Source: Candidatus Omnitrophota bacterium
GTDB taxonomy: Bacteria; Omnitrophota; Gorgyraeia; Zapsychrales; Zapsychraceae
Direction of reading: 5' to 3'
NCBI GenBank assembly: GCA_003528115.1
Contig: DOGZ01000014.1
Location: 66,466-130,465 of the forward strand
DNA length: 64,000 bases
Numbering within the stretch: position 1 is the stretch's first letter; each line of letters begins with the position of its first letter. Below the pieces are notes generated by a model that had not been told where the DNA came from, ran no database searches, and worked only from the letters and a program-made list of their open reading frames with translations. The position numbers and the translations under genes are program-made. Below, piece after piece: positions 30,467-39,214 of this stretch.

Positions 30467-31621
30467 ATGAAAAAAGATTATTACGAAATTTTAGGTGTTC
30501 CCCGGCAGTCCGCTTTGCCGGAGATAAAAAAAGCTTATAGGTCGCTGGCTCTGAAGTTTCATCCGGATCGCGTACCGGAGGGAGAAAAGAAAGAAGCTGA
30601 AGAAAAGTTTAAAGAAATATCAGAAGCTTACGGTGTCTTGTCTGATCCCCAGAAACGTTCGTTGTATGATCAATATGGCCATGCCGGGATCGATCGAAAC
30701 TATACGGCCGATGATATATTTAAGGGGGCGGATTTTAGCAGCATCTTCGGTGAAGCCGGGTTGGGGGATGTCTTTAGTCAGTTTTTTGGTGACGCGGCCT
30801 TTGACATATTCGGCGGGTCGAGCTCGGGCCAGCGGGGTTCTCGAAAACGTCATCAACGGGGACGTGATATTCAGTATGAGGTGGATGTCTCTTTGGAAGA
30901 GGCCTTCACCGGGATCAAAAAGAAAATTCAAATTCCCCGCAATGAGTATTGCACGCATTGCCAGGGTTCTGGAGCTAAAGCGGGCAGTCACATGAAAACG
31001 TGCAGCACTTGCGGTGGACGGGGCCAGGTGATGATGGCCAGTGGATTTTTCAGGATGGCTCAAACCTGTTCCGCGTGTGGGGGGCAGGGGCAGATTATTA
31101 CAGAATATTGTCCTGAGTGTCATGGAAAGGGATACCTCAGGGTGACAAGGAATATAGACGTTGGCATTCCGCCGGGGGTGGACAATAGTTCCAGACTCAG
31201 AGTCCGGGGCGAGGGCGAGATCGGGAGCGGCGGGGCTGGTGATCTTTTTCTCTATATTCACGTTCTGGATCATGAAACTTTTAAAAGAGACGGGAATGAT
31301 ATTTATATGCCTTTAGAAGTGAGTTTTATCAAAGCGGCTTTAGGCGCGGAGATGTCCGTTCCCACGCTGAATGGCCAGGTATCGATGAAGATTCCGGCTG
31401 GAACGCAAAGCGGGAAGGTTTTTCGTCTAAAAGGGAAGGGAATGCCGGATGTGCACATGGGGGCGCAGGGGGATCAATATGTTACGATTATGCTTCAAGT
31501 TCCCACAAAATTAAGCCCTGAGCAGAGGGAATTATTGGAGAAATTTGCAGAGATCAGTGGAGAGGACGTTACCCCGATGGCAAAATCTCTTAAGGAAAAG
31601 ATAAAAAAAGTTTTTAAATAA
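30467..31621 (+). CDS. dnaJ: chaperone DnaJ
   Basis: J-domain with HPD (KFHPDR), G/F region, four CxxCxGxG zinc-finger repeats. Confidence 0.95.
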   Translation: MKKDYYEILGVPRQSALPEIKKAYRSLALKFHPDRVPEGEKKEAEEKFKEISEAYGVLSDPQKRSLYDQYGHAGIDRNYTADDIFKGADFSSIFGEAGLGDVFSQFFGDAAFDIFGGSSSGQRGSRKRHQRGRDIQYEVDVSLEEAFTGIKKKIQIPRNEYCTHCQGSGAKAGSHMKTCSTCGGRGQVMMASGFFRMAQTCSACGGQGQIITEYCPECHGKGYLRVTRNIDVGIPPGVDNSSRLRVRGEGEIGSGGAGDLFLYIHVLDHETFKRDGNDIYMPLEVSFIKAALGAEMSVPTLNGQVSMKIPAGTQSGKVFRLKGKGMPDVHMGAQGDQYVTIMLQVPTKLSPEQRELLEKFAEISGEDVTPMAKSLKEKIKKVFK

Positions 31622-31655
31622 CAATGCCGGGCGAAGAAGCAAGGGAGGTGTGAAT

Positions 31656-31934
31656 ATGCCGACATATCAATATGAATGTGACGCGTGTGGACATGAGTTG
31701 GAGGTCTTACAGACCATGCTGGACAAGAAATTAAAGAAGTGTCCGAAGTGCGGTCAGAATAAATTGCAACGGCTGATTGGAGCGGGCAGTGGAATGATTT
31801 TCAAGGGCAGTGGTTTTTATGAAACGGATTATAAAAGGAAAGAACCGGCCCAAAAAGAAACCGCCCCGAAACCGTGTGAAATGGCTAAAGCAGGGGAAAA
31901 GGTCTGTTGTCCTTGCGCGCCGGTTAAAGAATAA
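31656..31934 (+). CDS. FmdB-family zinc-ribbon protein
   Basis: MPTYQYECDACGH...CPKCG motif. Confidence 0.65.
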   Translation: MPTYQYECDACGHELEVLQTMLDKKLKKCPKCGQNKLQRLIGAGSGMIFKGSGFYETDYKRKEPAQKETAPKPCEMAKAGEKVCCPCAPVKE

Positions 31935-31955
31935 TCCGGAGGCGGAAATAGGAAA

Positions 31956-32336
31956 ATGGGCTATTTAGATATTCGGAAAATCTTGAGATTTTGGTTTCCA
32001 GTATTGGGATATTCTGGTATTATTTTTTACGTTTCTTCTATCGCCAAATTGAAGACTCCTGTCGATATTATGTATTTTGACAAGGTTTGGCACCTGTTGG
32101 AATATTTGCCGTTTGGTTTCTTGTTAGCCAGGGCTCTGGTCAATACAAGAAGTTCTCTTTCCCGAAGTTCAATGGTGGGGTTGGTTCTTTTATTGTCTTT
32201 TTTTTATGGTGTCAGTGATGAGGTTCACCAATCTTTTGTTGCCGGGAGAGAATCCGCCTTGACGGATGTTTTGGCAGATACCATTGGTGGTTTAATAGGA
32301 GGGTATGTGTACCCTTTTTTTAATAAAGGGATTTGA
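31956..32336 (+). CDS. VanZ-like membrane protein
   Basis: 126 aa, 3-4 TM helices, similar to the VanZ family. Confidence 0.45.
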   Translation: MGYLDIRKILRFWFPVLGYSGIIFYVSSIAKLKTPVDIMYFDKVWHLLEYLPFGFLLARALVNTRSSLSRSSMVGLVLLLSFFYGVSDEVHQSFVAGRESALTDVLADTIGGLIGGYVYPFFNKGI

Positions 32337-32396
32337 ACAGAGAGAGGGAAAAGGGGGATCTTTCTATTTAAAGAACTGGAGGTTAATGAAGAGATT

Positions 32397-33662
32397 ATGG
32401 CAGGCATTAAACCATTCAAAGCAGTTTATTATAACTCGAAAAAAATAAAGGACTTATCCAAAGTTGTGTGTCCGCCTTATGACGTTATCAGTCCTGAGGA
32501 GCAGGAGTATTATCATAATTTAAGTCCACAGAACTTTATTCATATAGATTTAGCCAAGGATAAACCGAGTGATAATAAGACGAATAATAAATATATCCGG
32601 GCCAGAAGGATTTATGAAGATTGGCTGAAAAAGGGCGTCTTGATGCAGGATGAGGCCCCGTGTATTTACTTTTATAAGCAGGAATATAAAATCCAGGGAC
32701 AAAATTATAGCCGATTGGGTTTCATCTCTTTGATGGAGTTGGAGGATGAAAAAGACTCCAAAATCGTTCCTCATGAAAATACGCATGCCCACGCGGTGGA
32801 AGATCGTTTGAACTTGTGTAAAAGTCTTCATTCCAATTTAAGCTGTATTTTTGTTTGTTTCTCCGATAAACAAAAGAAAGTTGAGAAAAATTTTAATAAG
32901 CATGTTATGACGAATAATCCTTTGTTTGATATTGAGGATAATGACAAAGTCCGGCATAAATTGTGGCGGGTGGATGATCCCATTCTGATAAACGAAATTA
33001 ACGCGTCGCTTTCCGATCAGCATTTATTTATCGCCGATGGACACCATCGTTATAAAGTGGCTATGGAGTACAGGCGCTTCAAGATGGGGAGAAAGAAAAC
33101 TTTAACCGGTAATGAGCCGTTCAATTACGTGATGACTTATTTTACCAATATGGATTCCAGGGACCTCCTGATATTGCCGATGCACCGGATCGTTAAACAG
33201 ATTCCTAAAGACCTGGACTTCTTAGAAGAATTTTTCCGTATCGACAGAGTGAAAAGTCGTGATGATTTGCATATCTTGCTCGCGCGAGCGGGGCATAACG
33301 AGCATGCCTTGGGATTCTACACGCGGGACGGGGCCAAACTGTTGCGATTGAAAAATAAACAGCTTATTGATGAACATGTCAAAGAAGGATCCAGCGAATA
33401 TAAAAGGTTGGACGCGACTATTCTCAAATATTTTGTTTTTGATCGGGTGGGTATTGAATCGAGCAGCGTTATTTATACCAAAGATATGAAAGAAGCCTTC
33501 TCCATGGTGGATAATTTTGAGGCAGAGGCGAGCTTTATCTTGAACCCCGTCAAGATCACACAATTAAAGACCATAGCCCTGAATGGAGAGAAAATGCCTC
33601 CGAAAACAACGTATTTCTATCCAAAGGTCCTTTCCGGTCTGACGGTTTATAAAATGGATTGA
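32397..33662 (+). CDS. DUF1015-family protein
   Basis: 421 aa; N-terminus (KPFKAVYYN...CPPYDVIS) typical of DUF1015. Confidence 0.55.
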   Translation: MAGIKPFKAVYYNSKKIKDLSKVVCPPYDVISPEEQEYYHNLSPQNFIHIDLAKDKPSDNKTNNKYIRARRIYEDWLKKGVLMQDEAPCIYFYKQEYKIQGQNYSRLGFISLMELEDEKDSKIVPHENTHAHAVEDRLNLCKSLHSNLSCIFVCFSDKQKKVEKNFNKHVMTNNPLFDIEDNDKVRHKLWRVDDPILINEINASLSDQHLFIADGHHRYKVAMEYRRFKMGRKKTLTGNEPFNYVMTYFTNMDSRDLLILPMHRIVKQIPKDLDFLEEFFRIDRVKSRDDLHILLARAGHNEHALGFYTRDGAKLLRLKNKQLIDEHVKEGSSEYKRLDATILKYFVFDRVGIESSSVIYTKDMKEAFSMVDNFEAEASFILNPVKITQLKTIALNGEKMPPKTTYFYPKVLSGLTVYKMD

Positions 33663-33713
33663 GGGGAAGTTTTTACCCCAGTCTAGAATCTATTCGTATA
33701 TGCTTTTAAAAAT

Positions 33714-34571
33714 ATGGCTCTATTTGGCAAAAAGAAATATACTCTTGTTACCGTCAAGAAAAAGGATATCCCAGCCGGCTTGTGGACAAAATGCCCTGAA
33801 TGTTCGGCCCCTACCTATAAAAAAGAATTAAGCAATAATTTTTACGTTTGTCCGAAGTGCCGGTATCATTTTACGTTAACGGCTCAGCAAAGGATCGATT
33901 TTCTTATTGATCAGGGGACGTTTCAGGAAATCGATGCCGACTTGATATCGGTTGATCCCTTGGAATTCAAAGGGCCCAAGACGTATAAGGAAAAATTAGA
34001 AAGTGATCGTCAGGCTACAGGGTTGAAAGACGCTGTGATCACAGGATATGGAAAGCTTCAGGGAAAGAAGATCGCCATCGCGGTGACGGATTCAAGATTT
34101 ATTATGGGCTCTATGGGGTCCGTTGTCGGCGAAAGGATCACGCGCGTAGTTGAGTTGGCTACGGAAAAGAAATGGCCGGTTCTTATCGTTTCAGGATCCG
34201 GGGGCGGGGCGCGGATGTACGAGGGGGTCTTCTCCTTAATGCAGATGGCCAAGACATGTGCCGCTTTGGCCAGACACCATAAGGCGGGTTTTTTGCATAT
34301 TTCGTTATTAACGAATCCCACGATGGCGGGGATTATGGCTTCATTTGCCGGCATCGGGGATATTATCATGGCCGAGCCCAAAGCCCTCATCGGTTTCACG
34401 GGACCGCGTGTTATTGAACAGACCATCCGTCAGAAACTTCCTGAAGGATTTCAGAAATCAGAATTTCTTTTGGCGCATGGGTTGTTGGATATGATTGTTG
34501 ACCGGAAAGATTTGCCACATGTCCTTGCTCAAATTATTGACTATTCACAAAACGGCAACAAAAACGAATAA
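33714..34571 (+). CDS. accD: acetyl-CoA carboxylase carboxyltransferase beta subunit
   Basis: N-terminal Zn ribbon CPECSAPTYKKEL...CPKCRYHF plus carboxyltransferase domain. Confidence 0.9.
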   Translation: MALFGKKKYTLVTVKKKDIPAGLWTKCPECSAPTYKKELSNNFYVCPKCRYHFTLTAQQRIDFLIDQGTFQEIDADLISVDPLEFKGPKTYKEKLESDRQATGLKDAVITGYGKLQGKKIAIAVTDSRFIMGSMGSVVGERITRVVELATEKKWPVLIVSGSGGGARMYEGVFSLMQMAKTCAALARHHKAGFLHISLLTNPTMAGIMASFAGIGDIIMAEPKALIGFTGPRVIEQTIRQKLPEGFQKSEFLLAHGLLDMIVDRKDLPHVLAQIIDYSQNGNKNE

Positions 34572-34620
34572 GACCCAGAACGCGTTCGGTCTTAGAAAAT
34601 CAGTTTAAAGGAAAAAATTT

Positions 34621-35724
34621 ATGGCGCAGATAAGTTTAAAAAATGTATCCAAGATTTATAAAGGTGATGTTAAGGCGGTTGACAAGGTCAACATAGGGAT
34701 CGAAAACAAAGAGTTTCTGGTCCTTGTCGGACCGTCAGGGTGCGGCAAGTCCACCACCTTAAGAATGATTGCCGGTCTTGAAGAGATTTCGGAAGGCACG
34801 ATATGGATTGGGGATAATGTGGTCAATGATGTGCCGTCGAAAGACCGTAATATCGCCATGGTCTTCCAGAATTACGCCTTGTATCCGCACATGACGGTGG
34901 CCGAGAATATGTCCTTTGGGCTGCGTTTGCGAAAATATCCCAAACATGAAATTGAACGACGCGTTAATGAAGCTACGGAGATCCTGGGAATCAAGAAGTT
35001 GATCAATCGCCGGCCCAGACAACTTTCCGGCGGTGAGCGGCAGCGCGTGGCTTTGGGCCGGGCCATTGTGCGCAAACCCATGGCTTTTTTGTTTGATGAG
35101 CCTTTAAGCAACCTGGATGCCAAAATGCGCGTCCAGATGCGCACGGAAATTCATAAACTGAGATTAAGACTTCAGACAACATTCGTGTATGTCACGCATG
35201 ATCAAACAGAGGCCCTGACACTGGGGGACCGGATTGCCGTCATGAAAGACGGACGCGTTCAACAAATCTCTGATCCCATGACGATTTATGATAAGCCGGC
35301 CAACAAATTTGTCGCAAGTTTCATCGGGACGCCCCCGATCAATTTAATGGAGGGGCGAATCATCAAGAAAGAAAGAAAATACTATTTTGATGAGGGAAAA
35401 TTTCAGGTCAGACTTGTCGAAGAAATGCATAATGTCGTAGCCCCGTATGACGGCAAACCCATTACCTTTGGAATCAGGTCTGAGGATGTTTATGATAAGT
35501 TGTTTGTTTCCCAGGCGTCCCCGGATACGACCGTCAGGGCGGTCTGTGAAGTGGTTGAGCCTCTGGGGTCGGAGGTGTATTTATATCTCAATTCAGGGAA
35601 GAATGTTTTTATTGCCCGCGTGGGAGCCCATAACCGACCAGAGGTGAACCGGGATATGGATCTTGTTTTTGATATGAGTAAGGTGCATTTCTTTGATCCG
35701 GACACTGAAAAAACAATTATTTAA
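34621..35724 (+). CDS. ABC transporter ATP-binding protein, MalK/UgpC-like with C-terminal TOBE domain (no adjacent permease/SBP)
   Basis: Walker A GPSGCGKST, signature LSGGERQRV, Walker B FLFDEP; MalK-like C-terminal extension. Confidence 0.85.
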   Translation: MAQISLKNVSKIYKGDVKAVDKVNIGIENKEFLVLVGPSGCGKSTTLRMIAGLEEISEGTIWIGDNVVNDVPSKDRNIAMVFQNYALYPHMTVAENMSFGLRLRKYPKHEIERRVNEATEILGIKKLINRRPRQLSGGERQRVALGRAIVRKPMAFLFDEPLSNLDAKMRVQMRTEIHKLRLRLQTTFVYVTHDQTEALTLGDRIAVMKDGRVQQISDPMTIYDKPANKFVASFIGTPPINLMEGRIIKKERKYYFDEGKFQVRLVEEMHNVVAPYDGKPITFGIRSEDVYDKLFVSQASPDTTVRAVCEVVEPLGSEVYLYLNSGKNVFIARVGAHNRPEVNRDMDLVFDMSKVHFFDPDTEKTII

Positions 35725-36988
35725 TTCACAATTTTTTCTTCCTTTCACGCTACTTCTTTCTTTAGTAGTTTTCTTCCTCTTTGCCAGTCTTCTTAATTCC
35801 GCTTTTTTTATTTATCTTGTCGCTGGATTGCTTATTACAATTTTTTATTTGATCCGTCTCAACGGACATTTGACCCGGTATAAGGCCGAAGCGGATTTGC
35901 AGATCCAGAATCTCTATGAGCAAAGAAATTTGCTCGATGCTGAGATGGACAAAGAGAGCGCCTCCATTCAATCCTTTCGAAAGAAGATTATTAATTATTC
36001 CCATCTCAAAGGTCTCACCGAACGGTTGAACATGTGTCTTTATACAGAGGACACCTCCAGAGCTCTTTCGGCGGAAGTCAATAAAATGTTTGGCGAGAAG
36101 GAAACTATGATTATTCTTTATCTTCTGCATTCCAAGACGGGTGAATTGGGGATTTCTATTTCCCATAAGGGACAAATGAAGATCAATATCAAATCGAAGA
36201 AAGGAGATATCTTTGATCAGTGGCTTGTCAAGAATATGCAGCCGTTGCTCATTGAAGATACCAAGAGTGATTTCCGGTTTGACCTTGACAAGGTTGTTTC
36301 AGAGGACCCGCGGGATATCCGCTCTATGATCAGTGTCCCTTTAATGATTGGGAATAAAGCCCTGGGGATTCTTCGAGTCGACAGTCCCAAGCCGGATCAG
36401 TTTGATACAGAAGACTTAAGGCTTTTGACAACGATCGGAGATTTGGGCGCCGTTGCCATTGAGAACGCGCAATTGTTTGAACGCGTCGAGCGTTTGGCTA
36501 TCAGGGATGGATTAACGGATCTCTATTTGAGAAGGTATCTGATGAGCCGCCTCCCGCAGGAGATCAATCGTCATATGCGCGGTGGAACACAGTTGTCTTT
36601 TCTAATGCTCGATTTGGATAAATTTAAACAATACAACGATCAATTTGGTCATATGGCGGGAGATATCGTCCTTCGGACCGTGGGGGTGGTTTTGGCGGAA
36701 TTTTTGGATAGGCCGGGGAATTTGGTCTGCCGCTATGGAGGGGAAGAATTTGCTGTCTTATTACCGGAATGTCCGAAGAGTAAAGCCGTTGAGATAGCTG
36801 AAGAAATCAGGGAAAGAATTTCTCAACAAACGGTTATTTTAAGAAGAGAAAAAACAAATATCACGGCATCTATTGGGGTGGCTACATTCCCAGTCGACGC
36901 TCATAGTAAGGAAGAATTGATCGATAAAGCGGATCAGGCTTTGTACAAGGCCAAGAGTGAAGGAAGGAACAGAGTGTGCGCCGCTTAA
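35693..36988 (+). CDS. membrane-anchored GAF-GGDEF diguanylate cyclase
   Basis: 2 N-terminal TM helices, GAF-like middle region, GGDEF domain with RYGGEEF active site. Confidence 0.8.
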   Translation: MIRTLKKQLFNSQFFLPFTLLLSLVVFFLFASLLNSAFFIYLVAGLLITIFYLIRLNGHLTRYKAEADLQIQNLYEQRNLLDAEMDKESASIQSFRKKIINYSHLKGLTERLNMCLYTEDTSRALSAEVNKMFGEKETMIILYLLHSKTGELGISISHKGQMKINIKSKKGDIFDQWLVKNMQPLLIEDTKSDFRFDLDKVVSEDPRDIRSMISVPLMIGNKALGILRVDSPKPDQFDTEDLRLLTTIGDLGAVAIENAQLFERVERLAIRDGLTDLYLRRYLMSRLPQEINRHMRGGTQLSFLMLDLDKFKQYNDQFGHMAGDIVLRTVGVVLAEFLDRPGNLVCRYGGEEFAVLLPECPKSKAVEIAEEIRERISQQTVILRREKTNITASIGVATFPVDAHSKEELIDKADQALYKAKSEGRNRVCAA

Positions 36989-37007
36989 AAATTACAAGGG
37001 ATAAGAA

Positions 37008-38027
37008 ATGAATTTTATCATGGTATCGGTTCTCCTGATTTACGTGATGATGGTGATTCTTTTTGCCCGGCGTTTGGTGGCGCAGATTGAGTTGAGGGGG
37101 AAATGGAGATTGGCGGAAGAGCGGCAGACCTTTCAAGGATTGCAGGCTCAGAAAAAATCCTTGAGTGAGGAAAAGATAAAACTGGAAGAAGAGGCGATCA
37201 AAATTTTTGTTTTGTATGAACTTACAAAAGAGACCACGAAAAGTGTGCATGAAGAAGAGGCCTTTGAGATTTTTAAACAGAAGCTTAAAGAACATGTGTC
37301 CTTTCGTGACTGTCGCCTCTTTGATCCCGCTTCCGAAGAGATAGAGCATTTGAAGCAGTCCGAGGAGTATTTTGTTTTTGCTCTCTGCGCCAAGAGACGG
37401 AGGATGGGCTTTCTCGCGGTGCAAGAGGTCCCGGATGAAGACAAGGAAAAGCTGATGATCCTCAGCCATCAGTTTGCCCTTGTTTTAAGACGGGTGAGAC
37501 TTTATCAGGAAATTGAGAAGATTGCCATCACAGACAGTTTAACGGAAGTCCATACCCGGCGCTACCTCCTGGAGCGTTTCAAGGAAGAAATTCAACGATC
37601 CCGGATGCGTCGAATGAAGGCCTCTTTCCTAATGATTGACGTGGATCATTTTAAGAAATTTAATGATAGTTACGGCCATTTGGCCGGAGATCTGGTTTTA
37701 AGGGAAATCGCCGGGATTATCAAAGAAAATATCCGTGAGATCGATATCGCGGGTCGTTACGGCGGAGAAGAATTTTGTGTTGTGTTGCCGGATACGGGTC
37801 GTCAAGGGGCCATCTATGCCGCTGAACGTATCAGACTGGCATCTGAGAAAACTCCGATTAAAGCGTACGACGCGAAAATCACGGCCACGGTTAGTATCGG
37901 CGTATCGACTTTTCCGGAAGACGGAGAAAAAACAGATGAATTGATTGACAAGGCCGATTGGGCTTTGTACAGGGCTAAAAAGCAAGGGCGTAACAAGGTC
38001 TGCTCTTTTGGAATTTATGAGGGCTAA
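37008..38027 (+). CDS. membrane-anchored GGDEF diguanylate cyclase
   Basis: N-terminal TM helix, coiled-coil, GGDEF domain with RYGGEEF. Confidence 0.8.
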   Translation: MNFIMVSVLLIYVMMVILFARRLVAQIELRGKWRLAEERQTFQGLQAQKKSLSEEKIKLEEEAIKIFVLYELTKETTKSVHEEEAFEIFKQKLKEHVSFRDCRLFDPASEEIEHLKQSEEYFVFALCAKRRRMGFLAVQEVPDEDKEKLMILSHQFALVLRRVRLYQEIEKIAITDSLTEVHTRRYLLERFKEEIQRSRMRRMKASFLMIDVDHFKKFNDSYGHLAGDLVLREIAGIIKENIREIDIAGRYGGEEFCVVLPDTGRQGAIYAAERIRLASEKTPIKAYDAKITATVSIGVSTFPEDGEKTDELIDKADWALYRAKKQGRNKVCSFGIYEG

Positions 38028-38264
38028 ATCATCTCAAATTATCCAAAATTAACAAAAATTAACTAAAATACCCGTTGAATCGCCGGGATTCATCGTGTAA
38101 GATGTGTCCGTCTTAAGGGGTATCCGGCTGTTGAATGGTCCAAGACGAGATGAGAAAATATTTTTTGTTGATAGCCGGTCGGTTCCCGCCCAGTTTATAG
38201 ACCCCTTTTTATCCGATTAAGATTCAAACTTTAATAATTTCTAAGTGATAAATTCAAGATCAAT

Positions 38265-39200
38265 ATGAAGAACTTGACTATAGGTGTCGATGTCGGCGGG
38301 ACCAATATTAAATTGGGGCTAGTGGATTCATCCGGCAAAATTCGGGACAGGTCTTTTTTGGAGACGAAGAGTTATTCGTCGGACAAAGGAAAGTTGATTT
38401 CCGCGCTCGCGGATGCGGTTTTAAACCTCCTGGGAAAAAACAAATTAACCCAAGCGGATGTTTTAGGGGTGGGGTTAGGGTTACCGGGTCTGATTGATCC
38501 CGTGCGAGGGATTGTCCACGTGCTTCCTAATATCCCGGGATGGCACAATGTCCCGATTAAAGCCCTTCTGGAAAAAAAGACCGGGATCCCCACGTTTATT
38601 GAGAACGATGTCAATTTAATTACATTAGGGGAATGGAAATTCGGGATCGGGCAGGGATGTCAAAATCTTGTGTGTATCACGTTGGGTACGGGTGTCGGCG
38701 GGGGACTGATATTGAATAACGCCTTGTACAGAGGCGAAGGCTTTGTGGCCGGAGAGATCGGGCATATGCCTCTCAATGAAAAAGGACCTGTTTGCCCCTG
38801 CGGCGGATGGGGGTGTTTTGAACGGTACGTCGGAAATCAAACGTTGTTGGCAAAGGCGAGAAAGACTTTTAAAAATAAGAATATGGGAATCCAGGATGTC
38901 TTTGCCTTGGCAAACCAAGGCCATTCGCAGGCCCTGGCGTTCTGGGAGGAGACGGCCACGCGTATCGGTAACGCCCTGGTGGGTGTGGTCAATCTTTTAA
39001 ATCCGCGCATGATTATCATCGGAGGGGGAGTTGCCAACAACTTTAAATATATGGGTAAGACGATTGAAAAGATTATTCAACAGCGCGCGATGAAGGTGCA
39101 GGCGAAGATGGTTAAGATCGTTCAGGCCAGATTAATAGACGATGCCGGCCTCATCGGAGCGCAGGTGCTTGTGCAGGAAGCGCTCGGGATAAAATCATAA
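38265..39200 (+). CDS. ROK-family glucokinase
   Basis: ATP motif GVDVGGTNIKLGLVD and the ROK zinc motif CPCGGWGCFE. Confidence 0.85.
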   Translation: MKNLTIGVDVGGTNIKLGLVDSSGKIRDRSFLETKSYSSDKGKLISALADAVLNLLGKNKLTQADVLGVGLGLPGLIDPVRGIVHVLPNIPGWHNVPIKALLEKKTGIPTFIENDVNLITLGEWKFGIGQGCQNLVCITLGTGVGGGLILNNALYRGEGFVAGEIGHMPLNEKGPVCPCGGWGCFERYVGNQTLLAKARKTFKNKNMGIQDVFALANQGHSQALAFWEETATRIGNALVGVVNLLNPRMIIIGGGVANNFKYMGKTIEKIIQQRAMKVQAKMVKIVQARLIDDAGLIGAQVLVQEALGIKS

Positions 39201-39214
39201 GAGATACGACCTAG

